Shown here piece by piece: positions 14,001 to 25,168 of a DNA stretch of 64,000 nt. This DNA comes from the human T2T-CHM13v2.0 reference genome, Homo sapiens. Within the stretch, counting starts at the first letter, position 1, and every line of letters starts with the position of its first letter. The position numbers and the translations under genes are program-made. Below the pieces are notes generated by a model. It did no database searches. It was not told the origin of the DNA and saw nothing but the letters and a program-made list of their open reading frames with translations. The stretch lies in NCBI RefSeq assembly GCF_009914755.1, contig NC_060929.1; one strand, written 5' to 3'.

Positions 14001-15199
14001 ATGAGGAAAAGTCTAGAACTGCATTCATGCATAAGTAAGAGCCACTCAAATGTCCTGGGGTGGGGACAAGCTCAGTGTGATCTGCAAAGAGCAGAAGGGC
14101 TGATGGGCTGGAGTGGAGTGAACAGATCATAGATAAAGGTGGACAGAGTGACCGGGATTGGACAGTATCAGGCCCTGTCTAAATGCAGTGGAACCCAGCA
14201 TACAGTTTTAAGCCACCAGTGATATAGTTGAAACCGCATGGTATTCAAATTTGTGTTGTAAGCCATTATTTACTTTTTTAATTGTAAAAAATTTTGTGTA
14301 TCTATCTGGACAAGACTTTCTCACTGGCTTAGTCTTTACTTCATTCCCCTCTCCACTGGGGGGCTCCAGAGATTGTTTCAAGAATGCAGTCTAGTCTCCC
14401 AAGCACCCTTCTTGTGGCAGTCTCTGAATTTCCCCAAAAGCTAGCTATGTTTAAGATGGGAACACCAACAAGAGAGCATGAACAACTGAATAAATAAAAG
14501 ATAAAAACACAATCAGCTCTGTGAAACAGTTCTGCATTTGACAGCATGAATATGAGGCAAAATAAGCATCACTATTTTTCTATAGAACCTATGGTATGCC
14601 GTGCCTTTACATGAACAAATACATTATGACTGGCTAGTTTTATTTTAAGTCAAAGTGACTATTCCAACAGAAGAAAGATTTAGACAACAGACATGAGAGG
14701 TATTTGGGCATAACCTGGTGGCCTGCTAATTAAAATGACCTTAACAGTTGTCAGTTTCTGAGTGTTTACTCTGTGCTGCCTAGCACTGTTTTAAGTGCAA
14801 TATATATATAAAATCTCATTTAATCCTTCATTAATCCTGATATTAATCTCAAAAGCTGATAGAGATGACCATTGGTTCCTTTACTGAAAATGGAAAACTG
14901 AGGTTTAGGGCCTTTAAGTGACTTGTCCAACATCTCAGATATATTATTGGTGGAGCTGGCATTTGGATGAAAGAGTGCTTGACTCCAAAGCCCTCCATGC
15001 CAACCAGAACACCAAATTAAAGAGTTTTCCATAGACTTCAGTTCAAGTCTCAGATCACTTTCTTGCAGTTTCAATTTCCTTGATTGTTATTTCCCCAGGG
15101 GAAAAAAAGAGACTTACAGACCCAACAAATTTGTAGTGCATCTCCAATGCCATGAAGATAATCAAAATGTTTTGTGAAGTCCCCAGTGTTATACAAAGG

Positions 15200-15200
<1 letters not shown>

Positions 15201-15248
<48 letters not shown>
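15201..15248. repeat. (TA)n followed by poly-T
   Basis: Direct reading. Confidence 0.95.
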
Positions 15249-15879
15249 GCCAGGTGCCTGATTTTTGCCTAAAAAGAAAATTCTCTCGCAAAAATGAATT
15301 CCTTAAAAACTCTATTTTTTTCCTAAACTTGGTTGTGTTTAGCCCTCTTTTGCAACTTGCCCCTAATTGAACACCAAATGTTCATTCATAGTATCTAATC
15401 CTCTCTCAGGTTTTTCATAAGGCGTTGGCAACAACAGAAGGTGATAGGGCAATAGCACGGGGGGTACGTTTTTACCCAGCTCTGCCACCATCACATTGTG
15501 CAGCTTAGGGCAAAACTCTTCATCCGGACCCCAAATTTAAAGTAAACAAGTGAGTTAGTGAGAGTTAAAGATTATTCCAAGTTTTAACATACTAGGGTAG
15601 TGTGTAGCCCATGACGGGAATGAAAGAAAGAAGAGGAAAAGGGCTAGATGACAATAGTGTTATCTTGTAATATTCTTTTAATTGAATCCATTATGGGGCT
15701 CTTGACCATAAGGCGACCACTAGCACTCCAACAAGTTCAGCGGATATTTCAGGTGTATCAGGCACTATCCTAGGATCTGGTCCCAAAAATGTTAAACAAA
15801 ACCAATATGATTCCTTCACTCTGTGGAACTTTACATCTCCATAGATCAAACAATGGAAATCTGAAACAGATATGTCAGC

Positions 15880-16176
15880 CACAGACACACTTTGTTTTAC
15901 CACCTTTTGTTTCACATTTAAAAATTCTGTCCATGTTTAAAAATAAGGAAGATTTAATACAAAAGTTCTCGTTTCCAGCTTCTCTTGAAAAATCTGAATA
16001 TTTAGCAGTGCTGAGCTGGCATTCCCACATGGCAGGGAAAGGTGGAGCTGAAAAGAAGTTGTCCTCACCCCACACCTAGAATAGACCCACACTCTCCATT
16101 GACCCCGCCCACCGTCACCATGACAGAGGCAACCTATGTGCCCAATCTGCGTAGGCTTAGGTGTGTGTGATTCTTG
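15880..16176 (+). mobile_element. MER102-like DNA transposon fossil
   Basis: CAGCTTCTCTTGAAAAATC...CATTCCCACATGGCA...GGAGCTGA resembles MER102; boundaries approximate. Confidence 0.55.
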
Positions 16177-16709
16177 GGTTAGAGATGGAAACAATAAGAA
16201 ACTATTTCAATCGTGTTGATTATTACAAAGAGCTGTATGGAGAGCTGCCATGGACAAGAACAGAGAAACCGCCAGCACTTCGGTCTTCATCTCTGCCCCG
16301 TCCGGCCCCCACTTCCACCCACAGAGAGCAAGGGCAACAAAGGTGCCTGGGAAATTTGGAGGCTGGGAGCCAGGCGACCTGGGCCTACCAAAGGTTCTCT
16401 CCACTAACTGTTATGCTACACTGGGCAAGTATTTTCTGTCTTTGTGCCTCAATTCCCTGTGCAATAAAACGGAAAGAAAGAAAAAAAAATCTACCAGACC
16501 ACAGTCCTTTAAGGATCTTTCCTGTTAGGATCCTGTAAAATTCTCACCACTGTCTTGGTCTCCCGTCATAACCCCAAGGGAAGTCTTAATGGCAATCTCG
16601 CCTTTCCCTTTCTAAGATCAGCAGGCTCCGACCCGCCACCCCCATGCCCACCACCATGGCGACGCAGGACGTGTCTCTTCAGGGGAATCCGAGCCCGGGC
16701 CGGGAAGTT

Positions 16710-17340
16710 GGGGAGGCACCCCCATGCGATATGGAAAGTAATAGCACCCCCACTTCCCTCCCTGGATATTACGATACACATCACAGGGGGTGAAGCACCC
16801 CCCTGGGAAATAAGGAGTAATAGCACCCCACCCTCCTCCACGCCTGGCTACATGGCGGGGGGGTGAGCCACACCCCTGCGATAGGGGGAGTAATAGCAAC
16901 CCCCTCTCCAACCCCTGGCTATTATGATCCACATCGCAGGTCCATCAGGCACACCCCTGCGATTCGGGGAGTAATAGCATCCCCCTCGCCCGCCCCGGCT
17001 ATTACGATCCACTGCACAATGGGGTGAGGCACCCCCTTGCGATATGGGGAGTAATAGGACACCCTCTCCCCCACTGGCTATTACGATCCACATCGCAGGG
17101 GGCTGAGGCAACCCCCGGCGATATGGGGGGTTACAGCACCCCCTCTGCCCCCAACCCCCCGGCTATTACGATCCATATGGCAAGGGGGTGAGACACCCCT
17201 CTGCCTTACGGGGAGTAATAGTCCCCCCTACCCCCCTGGCTATTACGATCCACATCGCAGGGTGGTGAGCCACCCCCCGCCATATGGGGAGTAATAACCC
17301 CTTCCTCTCCCCGACCCCACACCCCGCTATTACAATCCAC
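16710..17340 (+). repeat. SATR-like satellite, GC-rich monomer variant (~8 copies of ~79 bp), left cap
   Basis: Unit ~GCGATATGGGGAGTAATAGCACCCCCTCTCCCCCCTGGCTATTACGATCCACATCGCAGGGGGTGAGGCACCCCC. Confidence 0.85.
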
Positions 17341-19837
17341 GGTAGACTCACAGCCTGTTTACGATGCTGTGAGTAATATCATCTCCCCCTCTGGAAATTA
17401 CCAACTATTTCACACACGGGTGTACACCCTCTGCAGTATTGGGAGTAATATCATCCTCTTCCCCTCTGAATATTATAAACAATATCACAGGAGTGTTTAT
17501 ACTCCCTGTGATATTGGGTGTCATATCATTGTCTTCCACGTTAAAATTAGAAACAATATCCCTGGACGCGTGTACCACTTCTGTGATATTTAAGGTATTA
17601 CCCTCTTCTCTCCTGGATCATAGGAACAATATCCCTGGGGGGTGTACACTTTCTGCGATATTGGTAGTTAATAGCATCCCCTCCGCCTTTGAATATTAAA
17701 GACAATCTCACGCGGGGTGTACAACCCCTGCGATATTGGCAATATTATTATCCTTTCTCCCTGCATATTAGGAAAAATATCAGTATGAGTGTATACCTCC
17801 TGCGATATGGGGATTAATACCCTCTTCTCCTCTTATGGATATTAGGAACAATATCACAGGGGTTTTACATTTTCTTCGATATCTGGAGTAATGTCATCCT
17901 CTCTTTGTTTGAATGGTAAGAACAGTATCACAGGGGGGATGTACACCCCCTGCGATATTTTGAGTAATATTACGCTCTCCCCCGTTCCCTTGATATTAGG
18001 AACAGAATCCCAGGGTGGGTGTACTCCTCCTGCTATATGGAAAGTAACATCCTCTCCCTTCCTGGATTTTAGGAACAATATCACAGGGTGGGGGTACACA
18101 GCCTGCGATATTCAAAGTAATATCATCTTTCTTTCCGGACATTAAGAACACTATCACAGAAGGGTTGTACACTCTCTGCGATATTGGGAGTCATATCATT
18201 TTCGCCTTCCCTGAATATTAGGAGCAATATCCCCGGGTGGAGGTACACCCACTGTGATATTGGGATTAATGTCATCCTCTAACCCCTGAATATGAGGAGC
18301 AATATGACAAAGTGGTTGTACACCCACGGCGATATTGGGGGTAATATCATGCTCTCCCTTCCTGGATATTAGGAACAATGTCACAGGTGGGTGTACACCC
18401 CCTGCAGTATAAAGAATCATATTATCTTCTCTTCCTTTAGCTTTTAAGAACAATATCACATGGGGGGTGTACACCCCCTGCTCTATTGGGAGTAATATCG
18501 TTCTCTCGTATTCTGGATAGTAGAAATCATATCACAGGCGGGGTGTGCAACTCCTGTGATATTGAGAGTAATATCATCCTCTCCCAACGTGCATATTAGA
18601 AATAATATCACAGGGGGCGTATACACTTCTTCGATATTGGTAGTAATATCATCCTCTCCCCGCTGGATATAAGAAACAATATGACAGGCGGGGTGAACAC
18701 CCCCCGCGGTATGGGGAGTCATGTCCCGCCCTGGTTATTAGGATCCACGGTGGACACACCACATGTTTACGATATTGTGAGGAATATCTCCCTCTCTAGA
18801 AATTACGAACAATACCAAAGGCGGGTGTACACCCTCTGCAATATAGGGAGTCATATCATCCTTTCCACCCCTTGGATATTAGGAACAATGTCAAAGGAGT
18901 GTTTATAACCCCTGCGATATTGGGAGGAATATCATCCTCTACCACGTTGAAATGAGGAAGAGTATCCCTGGAGGTGTCTACACCCCTGCGATATTGAAGG
19001 GAATATCATCCTCTTCCCTGCTGAATCATGGGAACATTATCACTGGGGGGTGTACTCTCTCTGCGATATTGGGAGTAATATCATCCTCTCCACTTTGGAA
19101 TATTAAGGACAATGTCACCGGGAGGGGGGAGTGTACACTTGCTGCGGTATTGGGAATACTATTATCATCTCCCCACCTGCATATTAGGAAATATATCAGA
19201 GTGGGTGTACACCTCCTCCGATATGGGGAGTAATATCATCTTCTACCCTTCTGGATATCAGAAACAATATCACACGGGGGTGTGGACTTTCTGCGATATT
19301 GGGAATAATATCAACCTCTTGGCCTTTGAATATTAAGAACAATATCACAGGGTGGATGTACACCCCATGCGATGTTGGGAGTAATATCAGCCTCTGCCCT
19401 CTATGGCTATTAGGAACAATATCCCAGGCTGGGTGTACACCTCCTGCTATATGGGGAGTAATGTCATCCTCTTCCTGCCAGGATATTAATAACAATATCA
19501 CAGGGTGGGTGAACACAGCCTGCGATACTGGAAGTATGATCATCCTCTCCCCCTCCGGATACTAGGAACAATATCACAGAAGAGGTGTTCACTCCCTGCG
19601 ATACTGGGAGTCATATCATACACTTCCTCCGTGAATATTAGGAGCAATATCACCAGGCGGATGTACACCCACTGCTATGCTGGGAGTCATATCATACTCT
19701 ATCCCCTGGATATTAGGATCAGTGTCGCAGGATGAGTGTACACCTACTTCGATATTAAAACTAATATCATGCTCTCCATCCCTGGATGCTAGGAACAATA
19801 TCACAGGTGGGTGTACACCCCTTGAGGTATGAGGAGT
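17341..19837 (+). repeat. SATR1/SATR2-like satellite, left arm (~33 copies of ~75 bp)
   Basis: Unit ~GCGATATTGGGAGTAATATCATCCTCTCCCCCTGGATATTAGGAACAATATCACAGGGGGTGTACACCCCCT; family name from recall. Confidence 0.85.
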
Positions 19838-20190
19838 GATATTATTATAATTAGTAATCAGGAATTATTAATATTAATATTAATTACTAGTACAATATTA
19901 TGTAATAATAATTATTTTAATTTTACGATTATGTAGGAGTATAACTAATTGTTATTAATGTTATTTATCAATATTATTAATCTTAATATAAATTATTTTA
20001 TCATCATTTTATGATGGATTTAATTAACAGTTATTACTGATATGAGTATTTCATTATTAATAATGATATTACTATGAATTATTAATCATGTGCATTATGA
20101 TTAAGTCATTAATTTTGTCCTCATTATTATTATTATCAATGATTACTCTTAATTATTATTATATGTATTAATATTAATAATCAATAGTAT
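19838..20190. repeat. AT-rich core between the satellite arms
   Basis: About 84% A+T by hand count over 19861-20160; ATTA/TAAT-rich. Confidence 0.9.
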
Positions 20191-23100
20191 TTTTCCTGAT
20201 ATCCAGTGGGGAGAGGGTGATATTATTCCCAATATCATAGAAGGTGTACACCCCCCTATGACGTTATTTTTAACAGCCAGGGGCTAGAGGATGACATTAC
20301 TCCAAATATTGCAGTGGGTGTACATCCCTTCTGTGATCTTGTTTCTAATATCCTGGGTGGGAGAGGATGATATTACTCCCAATATCGCAAGGGGCGTAGA
20401 CCTCCACCGTGACATTGTCTCTAATATCCAAAGGTGGAGAGGATATTTCTTCCAATTTCGCACGGATGTACACCACCCCTGTGATACAGTTCCTAATATC
20501 TAGGCGGCGACAGGATGATATTAGTCTCAATATCGCTGGAGGTGTACACTCCCTAGTGATGTTGTTCCTAATATCCAGGGACGGAGAGGATGCTATCACT
20601 CCCAATATAACAGGGGGTGTACACCCCTTCTGTGACATTGTTCCTAATAGCCAGCGGGGGAGAGGAAGATATTACTCTCAATATCGCAGGGGGTATACAC
20701 CCCCTTGTGATATTGTTTCTTAGATCCCGGGAGGGAGACGATGATACTAGTGGCAATATCGCAGGGGCTGTACACACCTCCTGCGATATTGTTCTTATCC
20801 CTAAGGGGAGAGCATAATATGACTCTCAATATCGCAGGGGGTGGACACCTCCTTTGTAATATTGTTCTTAATATCCATGATGGGAGAGGATATTACTCCC
20901 TGTATCGCAAGAAGTGCACAGCCTCCTGTGATATAGTTCCTAATATCTAGGTGCAGAGAGGATGATATTACTCCCAATATCTCACGAGTTGTAAAACGCC
21001 TTCGATATTTTGCCTACAATCCCGGGGGTGAGAGGATGACATTACTCCCAATATCAAAGGTTTACATCCCCCCTTGACGACATTCTTCCTAATATCCACA
21101 TTGGGAGACGATGATATTACGCCCAATACCACAGGTGCGGTACACCCGTCCTGTGATATTGTTCGTAATATCCCAGGGAAGAGAGGATGATATGACACCC
21201 AATATCGCAGGCGGTGTACACCCTCCCAGTGATATTGTTCTCAATGTCCAAGAAGGGAAATGATGTTATTACCGCAGATATCGAAGAGCTTGTACTCCCT
21301 CTCCCTTCCAGGATATTGCTCCTAATATCCAGGGGAAGAGAGGATAACATTATGTCCGATATCGCAGGGGGTTGTACACCCCACCCCCGTGATATTGGTC
21401 CTAATATCCAAAGGTAGAGACGATAAAATTACTCCCAATATCGCAGGGGGTGTACACCCCTCTTGTGATACTGTTCTTAATATTTAGGCGGGGAGACAAT
21501 GATATTACTGTCCATATCGCAGGGGTGGACAACATCCCTGTGATGTGGTTTTTAATATTCAGTGGGGGAGAGGATGCTATTAATTCCAATATCACAAGGG
21601 ACACACCTCCTGTGACATTGTTCCTAATATCCAGGGGAAGAGAAATGATATGACTCACAATTTGGCAAGGGGTGTACACCCCCTCCATAATATTGTCCCT
21701 AATATCCAGGGGGGATCAAAATGATATTACTCCCCCTATCACAGGGGGTGTACAGTACCCCAGTGATATTGTTCCTTATATCCAGGGAGAGGGAGGATAT
21801 TACCCCCAATATCGTAGGGGTGTACACACCCCCTGTGATATTGTTCCTAATATTTAGGTGGGGAGAGGATGATATCCCAATATCGCAGGCAGTATAAACC
21901 CCTCTGTTATTTTGTTGCTAATATCTAGGTTGGGAGAGGATGATATTACTGCCAATATCGCAGGAGTTGTACACCCCACCTGTGATATTATTCCCAATAT
22001 CCAGGGGAAGAGAGAATGATATTACTTTCAATAGCGCTGGAGGTGTACACGCCCATGTGATATTGTTCCTAATATCCAGTGGGGGAGACTATGATATTAC
22101 TGGCCATATCGCGGGGGTTGTGCACTCCCTCTGTGATGTTGTTTTTAATATCCAGGGGGTAGAGGATGACATGACTCTCAATATTGCAGTGGGTGTACAC
22201 CAACTCTGTGGTATTGTTCTTAATATCCAGGGAGGGAGAGGATGATATTACTGTCAATATGGCAAGGGGTGGACACCCCTTCTTTGATATTGTTCCTAAT
22301 ATCCAGGGGGGAAGAGTATGATATTAAGCCCAATATCGCTGGGAGTATGCACTCTTTTTTGATATTGTTCCTTATATCCCGGGGGAGAGTCTAGGTTATT
22401 ACTGGCCATATCACAGGGTGTGTACACCACCACTGTTATATTGTTTTTTATTTCCAGCAATGAAGAAATTGATTATACTCCCAAAATGGAATGGGCTGTA
22501 CATCCCCCATGAGATATGGTTCCTAATATTCAGAAGGGAAAGGATGATATTACTCCCAATGTTGCAGCGGGTGTATAATCCTCCTGTGATATTGCTCCTA
22601 ATATCTAGGGGGGGTGAGGATGATATTACTCGCAGTAACGCAGAGGATGTACACCACCTCTGTGATATTGTTCTCAATATCCATGGGGATAGAACATTAT
22701 ATTACTCCCAGTATCGCAGGTGGTGTACATCCATGCCCCATGATATTTTTTCTGATACCCAGGTGAGGGGAGGATGATGTTACTCCCAATATCGCAAGTG
22801 GTGTACAAACATTCTTTGATATTTTTCCTGCTCTTTACGGGTTGAGAGGATGGTATTACTCCCAGTATCGAAGAAAGTGTACACGCCCCCTGTGATACTG
22901 TTCCTTATATCTAAGTTAAAAAAGAATGATATTACCTTCAGTATCGCAGGGGGTGGGGTGTACACTCCGCCTGTGATATTATTTCTAATATCAAGGGGAA
23001 GAGAGAATAATGTTACTCCCAACAGCGCAAGGGATGTACACAAATGGTGATATTGTTCCTAATATCCAGGGAAGGAGATGATGATATTACTGGCCATATC

Positions 23101-24312
23101 GCAGGAAGTGTACACCCTTCTGTAATATTGTTTCTAACATTCAGTGGGGGAGAGAATAAAATTGATCCCAATATCGCAGGTGTACAGACCCCTTTGATAG
23201 AGTTTTTAATGTACAGGGAAAAAGAATAATATTATGCCCAATGTCGCAGGGGTTGTAACCCCCCCGCCCCCCACTGTATATTCTTCCTAATAGGCAGCAT
23301 AGTAGAGGCTTATATTACTACCAATATCGCAGAAGGTGCACACACACCTGTGATATACTTCCTAATATCCAGCGGGAAAGAGGCTGCTATTACTTTCAAT
23401 ATCGCAGTGGGTGTACATCCCCCCTGTGGTTTTGCTCCTAATATCCAGGGGGGAAGAGATGATATTACTGACAATATCACAGGGGGTGTACACCTCTTCT
23501 GTGATATGGTTCCTGATATAAAGGGGGAAAGTGGATGATATTACTCTTAATAACGTAGGAAGTGTACACCCACCCTGTGATTTTGTCCCTAATAACCGCA
23601 TGGGGAGAGGTGATATTACTCCCAATATTGCAAGGGGTGGACACCCCACAAGTCATATTGTTTCTTAAATCCAGGAAGGGAAAAGATGGTATTACTACCA
23701 ATATTGAAAGGATGTACAGAACGCATTTCTTATTGTTCTTAATATCCAGGTCGAAAGGAGATAACATTACTTTTAATATAATAAGGGTGGTACACCCTGC
23801 CTGTGATATGATTCCTAAAATCTAGAAGAAGAGAGAATGATATTACTTCCAATAATACACTGGGTGTGCAACCCCCTTTGATATTGTTCCTAATATCTAA
23901 AGAAAGAGATGATGATATTACTCCCAATACTGTAGAAGGTATACACCGTCCTGTGATATTGTTCCTAATAACTAGTGGGTGAGGGCATGATATTATTTCA
24001 AATATCGCAGTGGCTTTACACCCCTTCCGTGATATTTCTCCTAATTTCCAGGGGGTGGAGTACGAAGTTACTCCCAATATAGTAGTGGGTGTACACCCAC
24101 GCTGTCACATTTCTACGAATATTCAGGGAAACACAGCACGATAGAACTCCAAGTCTCGCAAAGAGTGTACACCATTTTGTGATATTGTTCCTAATAACCG
24201 GAGGTGGATAGGATGCTGTTAGTTTCAATATCGCAGGCTGTGTACACACACACTGTGAAATTGTTTCTAATATCCAAGAGGGGAGAGAATGCTATTAATT
24301 CCCATATAGCAA
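20191..24312 (-). repeat. SATR1/SATR2-like satellite, right arm in inverted orientation (~55 copies of ~75 bp)
   Basis: Unit is the reverse complement of the left arm (GATATTGTTCCTAATATCCAGGGGGAGAGGATGATATTACTCCCAATATCGC); TGTACA-equivalent positions 20245, 20319, 20395, 20467, 20543, 20618. Confidence 0.88.
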
Positions 24313-24682
24313 GAGGGTGAGGCACACCCCGCCATATGGGGAGTAATAGGACCCCCCCTCCCTCCCTGGCTACTACGAGCCACATCGCTGGGGTGTGAGG
24401 CACCCTCCTGCCATATGGGGATTAATAGCGTCCCCCTTTCCCCCCCGACTATTACGATCCACATCGCAGGGGAGTGAGGCTTCCCCCGCGATATGAGGAG
24501 TAATAGCACCGCCCTCTCCCCCTCAACCCCCCGGCTTTTAGGATCCACATCGCAGGGGGGTGAGGCACCCCCGGCGATATGGAGAGTAATAGCACCCCCC
24601 TTCTCCCCCCCCCCCCCCGGCTATTACGATCCACATCGCAGGGGGGTGAGGCAGTTCCCGTGATATGGGGCGTAATAGTACC
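24313..24682 (+). repeat. SATR-like satellite, GC-rich monomer variant (~5 copies), right cap, same orientation as left cap
   Basis: GGCTATTACGATCCACATCGCAGGGGGGTGAGGCACCCCC units as at 16710-17340. Confidence 0.85.
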
Positions 24683-25060
24683 CGCTGTGCGTCCTGGTGG
24701 CTCCGGACCCGGCCCAAGCGCGGCGGGACCTCCATCCGTAGCCCTCTCCCCCAACGTCGCCCTCCCGGGGTCCTTGTCTAGTCTCAGCAGGCGGCAAACG
24801 GACCCCAGGCGTCTGGCGCTCACCCAGGAGACTGCCCAGCGGTTTCTGGAGAGAGCGCTAAGCGGAGACGCCCGCTGGCAAGCAGATCCCGCCTCCTTCC
24901 CTGGCCAAGGAGCCGCCCCTCCGGGGTAGCTGTGCGCTGGGCGGCGCTCGGACCCCTTGGCAGCCGCAGGTGCCTCCCCAGCCCAGCCCAGCTCAGTCCA
25001 GCGCAGCCCAGCCCAGCCCAGCCCGGCGCTCGCAGCCTCCGCCGCTTCCGGGCAGATAGG
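24683..25060. promoter_or_regulatory. STK32A: CpG-island promoter of STK32A
   Basis: Dense CpG, GC box CCGCCCC near 24913, (CCCAG)n at ~24977-25024, directly upstream of a strong splice donor. Confidence 0.8.
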
Positions 25061-25168
25061 TGCCTTTTCTTGCTCCTTGCTCTTGGAGTTCTTCTCTTAG
25101 TCCCTGTTCCCTGGATGAAAGCATCGCTCCGAGCCTCATGGGAGGAATGAAGGAAGAATCGAGACTAG
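24930..25168 (+). other. STK32A: STK32A non-coding exon 1 (start approximate)
   Basis: Ends at consensus donor TAG|GTGAGT (GT 25169-25170) at the 3' edge of the CpG island; TSS cannot be fixed from sequence. Confidence 0.7.

Noticed and set aside
16555-24550. Dozens of short ORFs such as MYTPPVILFLISRG...
   Set aside because: They are translations of the satellite monomer in all frames on both strands, with no coding signature
16710-24682. CRISPR-like array of palindromic repeats
   Set aside because: Sequence between the palindromes is itself repeated rather than unique spacer, the repeats are degenerate, there are no cas genes, and the context is primate DNA
16650-24720. Possible TIR or TSD at the satellite borders (GGGCCGGG left, CCCGGCCC right)
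   Set aside because: Only 8 bp in GC-rich sequence and not at matching distances from the junctions; expected by chance
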